Position numbers and translations under genes: made by a program
Shown: positions 1 through 12,201 of the stretch, piece by piece
Layout: each line of letters starts with the position of its first letter
Numbering within the stretch: position 1 is the first letter of the stretch
Notes under the pieces: generated by a model
Databases searched by the model: none
What the model was told of the DNA's origin: nothing
Seen by the model: the letters and a program-made list of their open reading frames with translations, nothing else
Assembly: GCF_963921235.1 (NCBI RefSeq)
Contig: NC_086097.1
Coordinates: 73,534,001 to 73,598,000 of the forward strand
DNA: 64,000 nt
Reading direction: 5' to 3'
DNA from: Mobula hypostoma
Taxonomy: Eukaryota

Positions 1-118
1 AGCCCGAAACGTCGACTGTACCTCTTCCTAGAGATGCTGCCTGGCCTGCTGCGTTCACCAGCAACTTTGATGTGTGTTGCTTGAATTTCCAGCATCTGCA
101 GAATTCCTCATGTTTGCG
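1..118 (+). mobile_element. Penelope-like pseudo-LTR/3' end fragment, cut by the window edge; includes the 3' half of a hammerhead motif
   Basis: CCCGAAACGTCGACTG...GATGCTGCCTGGCCTGCTG...CCAGCATCTGCAGA; same unit as the ends of the GIY-YIG-containing element at 16.8-18.9 kb. Confidence 0.75.
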
Positions 119-305
119 ATAGGAAACAACTTCTTCACATCTACTCTATCTCGGCCTTCAATATTTGATAGGTTTCAATGAGATAACCCCCCTCCCCCCA
201 TTCATCGAAACTCCGATGAGTACAGGCCCAGAGCCATAAAATGCTCCTAATACATTAACCCTTTCATTCCCAGAATCATTCTCATGAATTTTCTCTGGAT
301 GCTCA
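119..305 (-). mobile_element. CR1-type LINE ORF2 3' fragment (decayed)
   Basis: Similar to the 33360-33530 segment of the intact CR1 in this window. Confidence 0.65.
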
Positions 306-559
306 GTCCACATCTGCAATCCTGAGCACCCTGATACTCAGATTCTTTCCCTATTTTCACTCTAATGTCATTCATAATGGCGCTGACGGTAACCCATTTA
401 TGACTACTACAATTGAAATCCACATAGGTACTTAAGTAAGCAACATCATTTGAAGACGTTTTAAAAAATCTATTGATTCTTAAAAATAATAGACCCCGGA
501 TGGTAAACTTGGGTCATGAATGCAGTTCCCCTTTAAGAAAATGAAAGCATAGATGCCAA

Positions 560-1835
560 GCCAGTCTGCAGGTACGACTGAAACACAGAGGCTTTAGACC
601 CTGCACTCCTCACTATTATGTTGGCAAATGTACAGTCTCTGGAAAATAAAACTGGCCTCAGAGCAAAACTGCAGAACCAGCGGGACATCAGGGACTGCTG
701 CCTACTTTGCTTAACAGAAAAATGTCTCAATGGTGCCACTTCAGATACAGCACTGCAGCCTGATGACTTCAACATTTTCCACAAAGACAGGGCAGCTCAA
801 TCTTTTTAAGGTAGAGAACATGGAGCATGCTTTACGATTAACTCATCATGGTGCACAGACATGATAGAGGAAGTGGAGTATGCTTTACGATTAACTCATC
901 ATGGTGCACAGACATGATAGAGGAAGTGGAGTATGCTTTACAATTAACTCATCATGGTGGTTCTGTCTCAGTCCTGCTCACCTGACCTGGAACATCTGGG
1001 GCTCAAGTATTGTCCATTTTATCTGCCAAGGGTGTTTTCCACTATCATTCTGGTAGCGATGTACATTCCACCTCAGACAGGCTCTGGAGAAGCTGGGCAC
1101 CAAAATCAGCATTCACTAAACAATGCAGACAGATGCCTTCCTTATCATTGCAGGGGATTTCAACCAGGCCAGCTTGAAAAAGTGTCTGAACAACTACTAC
1201 CAACATATCACCTGTGGAACCAGAGGAGCTAATACTCTTGACTACTGTTATACCACCATCAAGAACAGTTACTGTGCCATCCCACACCCACACTTTGGAA
1301 GGTCCAATAACCTGGCTGTACTTCGACTCCTATCATACAAGCAGAAATAATGGCCGCAGCACCGGTGGTGAGGATGAAGGTGGTTTGGTCAAGAGTGGAG
1401 GTGGAGTGCTTACAGGACTGCTTTCAGTCAGTAGACTGGACAATATTCGGGGACTAATCTTTGAATCTTCATCAAGACCTGTGCGGAAGAGGAAGAGGAA
1501 GTTGAGGGAATATATACCAGTCCTCACAGAGGGATCAGCAGTGGAGAGGGTGAGCAGTTCCAAGTTCTTGGGTGTTAACATCTAGGTTCAACATATTGAT
1601 GCAATTGCAAAGGCGGCGTGATAACAGGTACATTGCATTAGGAGCTTGAGGAGACTTTGAATGTCATCAATGACTTCCGCAAATTTCTACAGGCGTACAG
1701 TGGACAGCATTCTAACTGGTTGCATCACCATCTAGCATGCAGGGGCTACTGCACAGGTTCAGAAAAAAGTTGTAGAAAGTTGTCAACTCAGCCAGCTCCA
1801 TGATGGGCACTATCCTCCCCAGCATCAAGGGCATC
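560..1835 (+). mobile_element. Decayed Rex/Babar-type non-LTR element (endonuclease fragments plus RT C-terminal fragments)
   Basis: ORF fragments MLANVQSLENK, IIAGDFNQASLK, TLDYCYTTIK, VERVSSSKFLGVNI; broken by frameshifts. Confidence 0.75.
821..959. repeat. Tandem duplication, 53-bp unit, about 2.6 copies
   Basis: TGGAG(C/T)ATGCTTTAC(G/A)ATTAACTCATCATGGTG starts at 821, 874 and 927. Confidence 0.9.
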
Positions 1836-2671
1836 TGAATGTCAACAAAAGAGACAGTTGTTAACTTCAGGAGGACACAGAGTGACCACTCTCTGCTGAA
1901 CATCGACGACTCCTCCGTAGAGATCGTTAAGAGCACCAAATTTCTTGGTGTTCACCTGGTGGAGAATCTCACCTGGTCCCTCAACACCAGCTCCATAGCA
2001 AAGAAAGCCCAGCAGCATCTCTATTTTCTGCGAAGGCTGAGAAAAGTCCATCTCCCACCCCCCCCCCCCATCCTCACCACATTCTACAGAGGTTGTATTG
2101 AGAGCATCCTGAGCAGCTGCATCACTGCCTGGTTCGGAAATTGCGCCATCTCGGATCGCAAGACCCTGCAGCAGATAGTGAGGTCAGCTGAGAAGCTCAT
2201 CGGGGTCTCTCTTCCCACCATTAGACACTTACACCACACGCTGCATCCGTAAAGCAAACAGCATTATGAAGGACCCCACGCACCCCTCATACAAACTCTT
2301 CTCCCTCCTGCCATCTGGCAAAAGGTACCAAAGCACTCAGGCTCTCACGACCAGACTATTTAACGGTTTCTTTCCCCAAGCCATCAGACTCCTCAATACA
2401 CAGAGCCTGGGCTGACACCAACCTACTGCCCTCTACTGTGCCTATTGTCTTGTTTATTATTTATTGTAATGCCTGCACTGTTTTGTGCACTTTATGCAGT
2501 CCTGGGTAGGTCTGTAGTCTAGTGTAGTTTTGGTGTTGTTTTTACATAGTTCAGTGTAGTTTTTGTATTGTTTCATGTAGCACTATGGTCCTGAAAAACG
2601 TTGTCTCGTTTTTACTGTGTACTGTACCAGCAGTTATGGTCGAAATGACAATAAAAAGTAACTTGACTTGA
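1836..2671 (+). mobile_element. 5'-truncated Rex/Babar-type LINE 3' end
   Basis: ORF 1839-2252 (KTKE/KFLGVH/LYFLRRL/FYRGCIESILSSCITAWFG-type motifs), 3' UTR, AATAAA and ACTTG tail. Confidence 0.8.
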
Positions 2672-3240
2672 GCTTCCATACCAAACTTCCTCAACTGTCT
2701 GAGGTGAAGGAGGTGCTGTTGTGCCTTTTTCACCACATAGCTTGTGTGTACAGACCACAAGGTCCTCAGTGATGTGGATGCCGAGGAACTTGAAGCTGTT
2801 TACCCTCTCAACCTCAGATCCATTGATGTCAACAGGGTTTAGCCCATCTCCATTCCTCCTGTAATCCACAACCAGCTCCTTTGTTTTAGCAACATTGAGG
2901 GAGAGGTTGCTTTCTTGACAGCACTGTGTCAGAGAGATGACCTCTTCCCTGTAGGCCACCTCGTTATTGTTTGAGATAAGGCCAATCAATGTAGTGTCAT
3001 CGGCAAATTTAATTAGCAGATCAGAGCTGTGCGTGATGACACAGTCATGGGTATACAGGGAGTAAAGGAGAGGACTTAGTACATAGCCTCAAGGGTCTCC
3101 TGTATTGAGAGTCAGAGGGGTGGAGGTGAGGGAGCCCACACTTACCACCTAGATCCAGCTGCACAAGGCAGGGTCAAGGCCGAAGTCTCTGAGCTTCTTG
3201 TCGAGCCTGGATGGAACCATGGTGTTGAATACTGAACTGG
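2672..3240 (-). mobile_element. Rex/Babar-type RT fragment
   Basis: ORF 2612-2989 (IGLISNNNEVAYREEV, LNVAKTKELVVDYRR, FKFLGIHI); closely similar to 6400-6920. Confidence 0.8.
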
Positions 3241-3689
3241 TTCATCCAACTTAGAACCTGACAGTCTTTAATTCTATTTTACTTTTCTTGCATGCTCATT
3301 CTTTGAGGATTTTTGTTTGCATTTTCCTCTTTATCTGTTTCCTGATGCATTAAGTCTATCACCAAGCTGACACAGATCAGACACTAGATTCTATCCTTCC
3401 CGATGAAGCAGGGGTGAGACACTCCACCAGCGGCAGCCAATGCAGATTTGCAGGCTGCAGTACACCATCATTCTTGTGAAACATCAGATCATTTGATCAT
3501 GATTTGGATATTAATATATGTAAAAATGGACTATGGTGCTGTAGCAGTGATCCAGTGCTTTTTCCTCTCCTCACCTCAAAAGTGACAGTAGCTCTGTTGA
3601 ACATGCCTGACCACAATAATGTAGGTTTTCTTAAAAATTCTTTTTAGTCTTTTATTCTTTTTTTTTTATTTTATTTTTATTCTTTTAGT

Positions 3690-3832
3690 CTTTCATTCTT
3701 CAGTCCTGACGAAGGGTTCCGGCCTGAAACGTCGACTCATCGTTTCTAACTGATGCTGCCCGACCTGCTGAGTTCATCCAGCATACTGAAAGTGTTGCTT
3801 TGATCACAGCATCTGCAGATTATTTTGTGTTC
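3690..3832 (+). mobile_element. Short Penelope-derived element (pseudo-LTR only)
   Basis: Same terminal unit as other PLE ends in the window. Confidence 0.7.
3702..3737 (+). ncRNA. Minimal type-I hammerhead ribozyme motif
   Basis: AGTC-CTGACGA-AGG(gttccgg)CCT-GAAA-CG-TC-GACT: core boxes CUGANGA and GAAA, stem I AGTC/GACT, stem II AGG/CCT, GUC cleavage triplet, loop-less palindromic stem III (ACGU). Confidence 0.75.
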
Positions 3833-4009
3833 ACATAATGTAACAGTATTTGTGATCACACCACTACTTGCAGCCCTATGTGATGCCTGTGAGTCAACAA
3901 GTCCAACGGCAGCCACTCAGGCTGAGAGATCCCAGTACAAAGCCAGGCTTTGTACTGAATCCCCTCAGGCATGATTTTAATCAAGGTATGACCTTCATTA
4001 AAGCTATCA

Positions 4010-5470
4010 GAGATGATAAAGTAGCCTGTAATCAGCACAGCTTCCTCAAGGGAAAATCTTGCCTGACAAATCTGTTGGAATTCTTTGAAGAAATAGCAAG
4101 CAGGATAAACAAAGGAGAAGTGGTTGAGGTTGTGTATTTGGATTTTCAGAAGGCCTTTGACAACGTGCCGCACATGAGGCTGCTTACAGGATAGATTCTA
4201 GCATGGATAAAGCAGTGGCTGATGACAGAAGGCAAAGAGTGGGAATAAAGGGAGCCTTTCTGGTTGACTGCCGGTAACTAGTGGTATTCCACAGGGGTCT
4301 GTGTTGGGATTGCTTTTTACACTATATGTCAATGATTTGGATGATGGAATTGATGCCTTTGTTGCATACTTTCCAGATGATATGAAGATAATTGGAGGGG
4401 CAGATGGTTTTGAGGAAGTAGAGAGGCTACAGAAGGACTTAGATTTGGAGAATGGGCAAAGAATTGGCAGATAGAATGCAGTGTCAGAAAGTGCATGGTC
4501 ATGCACTTTGGTAGAGGAAATAAAAGGGGTGAATATTTTCTAAATAGAGAGAAAGAACAAAAAAACAGTGCAAAAGGATTTGGGAGTCTGTGGTGAGGAA
4601 GGTAAATGCGATGTTAGCATTCATTTCAAGAGGACTAGAATATAAAAGCAAGGATGTAATGTTGGACTTTATAAAGCACTGGTGAGGCCTCATTTGGAGT
4701 ATTGTGAGCAGTTTTGGGCCCCTTATCTTAGAAAAGATGTGCTGAAACTGGAGAGGGTTCAAAGAAGGTTCACGAAAATGATTCCAGAATTGAATACGCA
4801 AACACGAGGAAATCTGCTGATGCTGGAATTTCAAGCCACACATATAAAAATTGCTGGTGAACGCAGCAGGCCAGGCAGCATCTACTATCTCTTCTTCCAG
4901 TTAGTCCTGACAAAGGGTCTCGGCCCAAAACGTTGACTGTACCTCTTCCTATAGATGCTGCCTGGCCTGCTGTGTTCACCAGCAATTTTTTTGTGTGTTC
5001 CAGAATTGAATGTCTTGTTATATGAAGTGTGTTTGATGGCTGTGGGCCTGTATTCACTAGAATTCAGAAGAATGAAGGATGACCTCATTGAAGCCCATCC
5101 AATGGTGAAAGGCCTTGACAGAGTCAACGTGAAGAGGATATTTCTGTAGTGGGAGAGTCTAAGACCAGAGGACACAGCCTTAGAATAGAGGAGTGTCCTT
5201 TTAGAATGGAGATGAGTAGGAATTTCTTTAGCCAGAGTGTAGTGAATCTGTGGAGTTCTTTGCTAAAGGCAGCTGTGAAGGCCAAGCCTTTACATATATT
5301 TAAGGCATAGTTTGATAGCTTTTTGACTGGGTCAGAGCATGAAAGGATATGTGGAGAGGCAGGAGATTGGGGCTGAGAAGAAAATTGGATCAGCCATGAT
5401 GAAATGGCAGAGCTGACTCGATGAGCCAAATGGCCTAATTCTGCTCCCATATCTTATGGTCTTATGGTCT
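4010..5470 (+). mobile_element. Decayed CR1 (HER1-like) LINE, RT region and 3' UTR, interrupted at 4796-4997
   Basis: [44 protein letters not shown]; tail TCTTATGG repeats. Confidence 0.85.
4796..4997. mobile_element. Fold-back Penelope pseudo-LTR insertion with 14-bp TSD
   Basis: TSD TTCCAGAATTGAAT at 4782-4795 and 4998-5011; left arm in minus and right arm in plus orientation. Confidence 0.85.
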
Positions 5471-5854
5471 ATGGCTAAAAGGCAATTCCATGCCTGAGTC
5501 CTCGACCAGCCATCAATCATGGCATGGCTTGCATGCTATAACAGGCTACAAAACAAAGTCACGCAACATTGCTGATAACAAAGCATCCCTCCCCGATGAG
5601 GACAATGCATTACATGCAGCTGTTGAACAAAAGGTCAATAAAACAACAAACCCACTCTGACAGCCTCCAATGCACCCACACGCACATTCATTATTGCAGG
5701 TATCAAATCAGCCTAGCCGGGACTGAACCCACACAAAGCCACTGGTCCAGATGGAGTTCCCAACTGTATGTCCTCAGATCTCATGCAGATCAACTAACAT
5801 AAGTATTTGCAGTCATTTTTAAACTCTCTACTGCTAACTTTGGATTAACTAAAA

Positions 5855-7985
5855 TTGCATTGACTTTATTACTTACATCCTTCATATATATGAGTAAAAA
5901 TCTTTATGTTACGTCTCCATCTAAATGTCCAATATGCAATTTATAGTAACTTATAATAAATAGTATGTACAACAGGACAGTCAATATAACAGAAATACAA
6001 TTGTATCAGCATGAATTAATCAGTCTGATGGTCAGGTGGAAGAAGCTGTCCCGGAGCCTGTTGGTCCTGGCTTTTATGCTGCGGAACCATTTCCTGGATG
6101 GTAGCAGCTGGAACAGTTTGTGGTTGGGGTGACTCAGGTCCCCAGTGATCCTCCGGGCCCTTTTTACACACTTATCTTGTAAATGTCTTGAATAGTGGGA
6201 AGTTCACATCTACAGATGTGCTGAGCTGTCTGCACCGCTCTCTGCAGAGTCCTGCAATTGAGCGAAACACATACCAGGCAGTGATGCAGCCAGTCAGGAT
6301 GCTCTCAATTGTACCCTTGTAGAAAGTTCTTAGAATTTGGGGCCCCATACCAAACTTCTTCAACCGTTTGAGGTGAAAGAGGCACCATTGTGCCTTTTTC
6401 ACTACACAGCCAGTATTGTACAGACGGTGATGCTTACGCCAAGGAACTTAAAGATGTTCACCCTCTCAACCCCAGATCCATTGATGTCAGGGGTTAGCCT
6501 GTCTCCATTCCTCCTGTAATCCACAACCAGCTCCTCTATTTTCCTGACACTGAGGGAGAGGTTGCCTTCTTGACACCACTGCGACAGGGTGATGACCTCT
6601 TCTCTGTAGGCTGCCTCATTATTATTTGGGTTAGGCCAATCAGTGTAGTGTCATCAGGAAATTAAATTAGGAGATTGGAGCTGTGGGTGATGACACAGTC
6701 ATAGGTATACAGAGAGTAAAGGAGGGGGCTTAGGATACAGCCCTGAGGGGCACCTGTGTTGAGGGTCAGAGGGGCAGAGGTGAGGAAGCCCACTCTTACC
6801 ACCTGCCAGTGATCTGACAGGAAGTCCAGGATCCAGCTGCACAAGGCAGGGTGAAGGCTGAGGTCTCTGAGCTTCTTGTCAAGCCTGGAGGGAATTATGG
6901 TGTTGAATGCTAAACTGTAGTCCAAGAGCAGTATTCCCACATAAGCATCCTTCTTCTCCATATGTGTAAGGACGGTGTGTAGAGCTGTGGCTATTGAGTC
7001 ATCTGTTGATCAGTTGTGTCGGTAGGCGTATTGTAGGGGGTCCAGTGGCGGTGGTAGCATGCTGCCGATGTAATCCTTAACCAGCCTCTAAAAGCATCTG
7101 CTTATTATTGAGGTGAGTGCGACAGAACGCCAGTTGTTCAGACATGCTACCTTAGTCTTTTTAGGTACAGGAACAATAGTGGACGTTTTAAAGCAAGTGG
7201 ACACTCTACACTGGGAGAGGGAGAGATTAAAAATGTCTGTAAACACACTTGCTGGTTGTGCCGTGCACACTCTGAGTACCCGCCCTGGGATACCATCCGG
7301 TCGCGAAGACTTGTGACTGTCCACTCATTGGAAACACCTGCGTACTTCAGCCTCAGAGATGACCAAGCTACAGGTCACATCAGTAGCTCTTCCTCAGGGG
7401 CTCAGTGTTGGCAACATCGAGTCGAGCACAAAAAAGTTCTAGCTCATCTGGGGGAGAGGCAGCGAAGTTGGAAACTCCAGAGCGTTTAGCTTTGAAGTCT
7501 GCCATGGTGTGCAAACCTTGCTATAAGCTGTTGGTGGAGAGTTGTGTCTCAATCTTGTCCCTGTATTGTTGCTTCACTGCCTTGATGACTTTGCGCAGAT
7601 CGTAACTGCATTTCTTGAGTTCCTGTTGGTCACCGGCAACGTAAGCTCTGTGTTGCGCGATAAGTGCTGCTCGCACGGAACTGATCCAGGGTTTCTGGTT
7701 TGCATAGACCCCGGCCAATTTCTAGGGGACATCATCCTCGATGCACTTCCGGATGAAACTCATGACCCCATCTGTGATCTCGGAGACATCCTCATCATGG
7801 AAAACATTCCAGTTGACATCATCAAAGCAGTCCTGTAGCATGGAGACCGACTGGTCGGACCAACAGTGGACGGTTTTAATTATGGCCCCCTCTTGTTTCA
7901 GCTTTTGCCTGTACTTCAGCAGCAGCAAGACGGAGGAGTGATCCGATTTTCCAAACGGCAGGTGGAGGAACGCTTTGTAAGCATT
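5855..7985 (-). mobile_element. Decayed Rex/Babar-type LINE (end of EN through RT and 3' end)
   Basis: ORF fragments [67 protein letters not shown]. Confidence 0.85.
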
Positions 7986-7990
7986 CCAGA

Positions 7991-9596
7991 CAGGGCCAGA
8001 TTAACCTAGTAGCAAAAGTAACATATGCTACGGGCCCCGCACTAAATGCTTGCAAGCTGCAGTCTGGTGAAATCGGCATCTCACTGTATTCTCATGACAA
8101 TCTGGCAACGCTGTTGCTTTCATGTCGGGGGAGCTGCAGGCTGCATGGTATGTGTGTGCAGGCATGTGTTGGCTCCTTGCTGTGTCTTGGTGACCTTTGT
8201 GCTATCTCCCATGCTCCCAAGTCGCTGCAGCGTGCCCTGTTATGCCGTTGGAAGGTGCGCCGCTGACTTCGTGCGCTATGTTTTGCCGTCTGGACCAGTT
8301 GAAAGATTTGTGAAGTTTTTGGATATGGAAGGTCATAGTGCTGAACGATTTGCTCAAAGTTTATTTGACTTCTTAAAGGAAAATGACATTGATATAAAAG
8401 GCTGCTGTGGTCAAAGTTAAGACAATGCCAGCAACATGAGTGGCAAGTATAGTGGCTTACAAGCACGAAATAAAGAGAGGAATGAGTTTGCGGATTACAT
8501 TCCACGTTTTGCACATTCACTAAATTTGGTTGGAAAATGTGCTGCTGAGTGTTGTCAAGAAGCATTAATTTTCTTTCAATTTGTAGAAAGCCTGTACACA
8601 TTTTTTTCTGCTTCTACTTATCGGTGGGTCTCCTTTCTGCTGCATTATCTGATGGTGGTGCTCATTTGCCCATTGTGAAAAGAATGTCAAATACCAGGTG
8701 GTCAGCTCGTGCAGAAGCACTTTTACACAGCTTTTCTGTAACAAAACATGTCTTGGATGACATTTCAAATAACAATGATCAGAAGACATAGTGTCGACAA
8801 CAGGCTCGTGGACTACTTTCAACCATGATGAAGTTGGATACAGGAATAATGGTCATATTATGGGATCAAGTATTACAGTGTTTTCAAATGGCCAGTGCTT
8901 CTTTGCAATCTTCTGGCAAACACTTGAACACAGCTTGTGCACTCTATGAATCCTTGCATGGATATATTCAAGCTATGCGGTCTACTTTTTCAGACATTGA
9001 GCAAAAAGCCAAGGATCTGACTAAGTGTGAAGATTATCAACGGCAAACTCCAAGAAAACGCAAGCAAAATCGCACGTATGATGATTTCAGTGGTTCCAGC
9101 ACTCTTGATCTACTTGTTGAATCTCAAACGCCTTCTCAGAAGTTTAAAAGCCAAACACTTCTTGCCATTATTGACAGCTTGCTTTCTGCCCTGTCAAAAA
9201 GGCAGAAAGCTTATTTACAGGTGAATGGTGTTTCTGGATTCCTTCATCAGTTACAGTCCTTTACACCTGAAGAGATCGTAAAGAGATCATCAAATCTTAT
9301 TAAATCATATCCAGAAGATCTGGAAGAAAGTCTTGACGAAGAGTTTGTGCAGTTTACTGAACTGTTGAAATCTAATCTTTCTTCTCATATTGGTGCCAAA
9401 CAAGACCTTGTAGAGTTACAGTTGTAGCGTTTGATAACTGACAATTCTTTGGAGTCACGTTTTCCAAATGTAGAAAATGCCTTGCGCATCTATTTGTCAC
9501 TCGTGGTTACCAACGGCAGTGGAGAATGCTCATTTTCAAAACTAAAAAGTATTAAAAATGAACTAAGGTGCACCATGGGTCAAAACAGATTGAACA
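7991..9596 (+). mobile_element. hAT-superfamily DNA transposon remnant (ZMYM1/52-kDa-repressor-like transposase pseudogene)
   Basis: Left end CAGGGCCAGATTAAC; motifs GQS*DNASNMSGKYSGLQA, AHSLNLVG, TRWSAR, and dimerisation-domain-like FPNVENALRIYLSLVVTNGSGECSFSKLKSIKNELR; stops and frameshifts. Confidence 0.85.
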
Positions 9597-10037
9597 AAAC
9601 CATGAAGCACAACATGTCACTAAAGATTTACTTTCTGCATTCCCCAATTTAGACTTCTTCCCTGCAATTCTTAGCACTGTCAGTGACGAGCATGGTGGAA
9701 GGTTTCACCAGGACATTGCAGTCATAGAGAAACGGTATTAGAGCAACTGCAATCCAACAATGCTGGCTGATTATTGCTGGACATTTAAGCAAGAAGCCTC
9801 TCAGTATGAACAAAAATCAACAACAAAACATATTTGGCTTTGGTGAACTATTGCAAAGCGTAAACACTGTTATGGAATTAAACACGTTATATTAAATAAA
9901 GTTAACATCTTATTTCTCCAAATTCCTATGTGATACATATAGTCTGAAATTATATATGTATTCAGCTTCAAGTGGTCCATCATAAACAAAAACATTTCTG
10001 AGAAAGAAATAATTTCATAAAAAATTGTTGTCTAGTA
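9597..10037 (+). mobile_element. C-terminal transposase fragment and right end of a DNA transposon, probably Chapaev3-type
   Basis: Translates as MSLKIYFLHS/LDFFPAILSTVSDEHGGRFHQDIAVIEKRY*...MLADYCW; ends AAAATTGTTGTCTAGT; family assignment from memory of the motif. Confidence 0.6.
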
Positions 10038-10684
10038 TTTAAATCAGGAGTTAAAGCAACAATGAAAAATTGAACATTGAAAGGCATTAGGTCCAATGGC
10101 ATTGCCACTGTGCTGGAAGATTTCAAGATTGAAAGGCTGACAAGTTTGCAGAATGAAATATATGATCATGGGTAAATACTTGAGGAAATGAGCAAATCAG
10201 TATTTATTGCACTGCCAAAAAGAAACCAACAGCAATTTAATGTGAGCTTGCACAATTAGTTTAATGAATCAGGTTGTGAATGTCCTGCTACAAATCATCA
10301 TGATGAGAGCAAGAAAAAACATGAAACCAGAGATTGTGCATGAGCAGTGGAATTTCATTGAAGATAGTAGAACACGAAATATAACCTTCATCCTTAGAAT
10401 GACTTGTGTATGTACAATAGAGATCCAGAAAGACTTGGGCCTATATTTCATCGATTATACCAAAGCTTCTGATAAGGTGAGATATGAAGAGTTTATAAAA
10501 AATCTTCAGTACTTGGTCGTTGATGGGAAAGATATCAGAATCATCAGAAACTTGTATCCAGAACAAAGAGTAGGAATGACAGTTGACAATGAGACAAGTG
10601 ATTTTGTCCAGATTTAGGGGGGAGTCAGACAGGGTTATATTCTTTCACCCAACCTATTCAACCTTTATAGTGAGAAGATTCTAA

Positions 10685-11396
10685 GTCATAGACATAGTCA
10701 TACTTCATTGATCCCAGGGGGAAATTGTTTTTTGTTACAGTTGCACCATAAATAATTAAATAGTAATGAAACCATAAATAGTTAAATAGTAATATGTAAA
10801 TTGTGCCAGGAAATAAGTCCAAATAAGTCCAGGACCAGCCTATTGGCTCAGGATGTCTGACCCTCCAAGGGAGGAGTTGTAAAGTTTGATGGCCACAGGC
10901 AGGAATGACTTCCTATGACGCTCTGTGTTGCATCTCGGTGGAATGAGTCTCTGGCTGAATGTACTCCTGTGCCCAACCAGTACATTACGTAGTGGATGGG
11001 AGACATTGTCCAAGATGGCATGCAACTTGGACAGCATCCTCTTTCCAGACACCACTGTCAGAGTCCAGTTCCATCCCCACAACATCACTGGCCTTACGAA
11101 TGAGTTTATTGACTCTGTTGGTGTCTGCTACCCTCAGCCTGCTGCCCCAGCACACAACAGCAAACATGATAGCACTGGCCACCACAGACTCATAGAACAT
11201 CCTCAGCATCATCCAGCAGATGTTAAAGGACCTCAGTCTCCTCAGGAAATAGAGACGGCTCTGACCCTTCTTGTGGACAGCCTCAGTGTTCTTTGACCAG
11301 TCCAGTTTATTGTCAATTCGTATTCCCAGGTATTTGTAATCCTCCACCATGTCCACACTGACCCCCTGAATGGAAACAGGGGTCACCGGTACCTTA
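10685..11396 (-). mobile_element. 5'-truncated Rex/Babar-type LINE nested in the RTE
   Basis: ORF 10985-11386 (YKYLGIRIDNKLDW, SRLYFLRRLRSF); 3' tail GGGATCAATGAAGTATGACTATGTCTAT on the minus strand. Confidence 0.85.
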
Positions 11397-12007
11397 GAAA
11401 AATTAGCAGCAGTCCAGGCATGACAATTAGTGGATTATAATTAGTGGATACAATTTAAGTAACCTACAATACAGAAATGACACAATTCTGATAGCTACTT
11501 CTAAAGAGAATCTCCAAGAAACACTAGATAAAGTCGAAGAAAGTGCAACTAGAGGATTGACCAACTGCAAGAAGATCGAATGTACGGTTGTCGCAAGGAA
11601 GAAAGAAATACTGAAACGTGAACTGAAAGTGGGCAGTGAAACAATTAAACAAATATGCAAGTCCAATTACTTAGGGAGCACAATAACATCTGATGGTAGG
11701 GTTAATGGTGAAATTAGGAGGAGGATTTGGATTGCTAAATGCAGGTTCGTGTGTTTGAGCAAGGTACTAAAGAATAACATAATTTCCATGGGTACGAAAC
11801 TCAGAGTGTTGCAGAGCTATGTTCATTCCACACTAACATATGGAAGTGAATGTTGGACAATATCAAAGCAGAATGAGAGAAGATACGAAGCTGCAGAATT
11901 GTGGTTTGTGAGAAGAATGATGAAAATATCATGAAAGGATAGGGTAACAAATTAAGAAGTGTTGCAAAAAGCTGGAATACAAAGAAAGCTGATATCGTCA
12001 ATCAGGA

Positions 12008-12201
12008 CACAAAACAAGAGAAAATCTGCAGATGCTGGAAATCCAAGCAACACATGCAAAATGCTGGAGGAACTCAGCACACCAGGCAACATCTATGGAA
12101 AAGAGTACAGTCGACATTTCGGGCCAAAACCCTTTGACTGTACACTTTAATATAGATGCTGCCTGGCCTGCTGAGTTCCTCCAGCATTGTGTGTGTGTTG
12201 C
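12008..12201. mobile_element. Fold-back Penelope pseudo-LTR insertion with 14-bp TSD
   Basis: TSD ATC(G/A)TCAATCAGGA at 11994-12007 and 12202-12215; inverted arms. Confidence 0.8.

Noticed and set aside
821..959. CRISPR-like periodicity
   Set aside because: No unique spacers; plain tandem repeat in eukaryotic DNA.
8825..9427. 200-aa ORF as a domesticated ZMYM/hAT gene
   Set aside because: Flanked by stops and frameshifts in the same transposase; pseudogenic.
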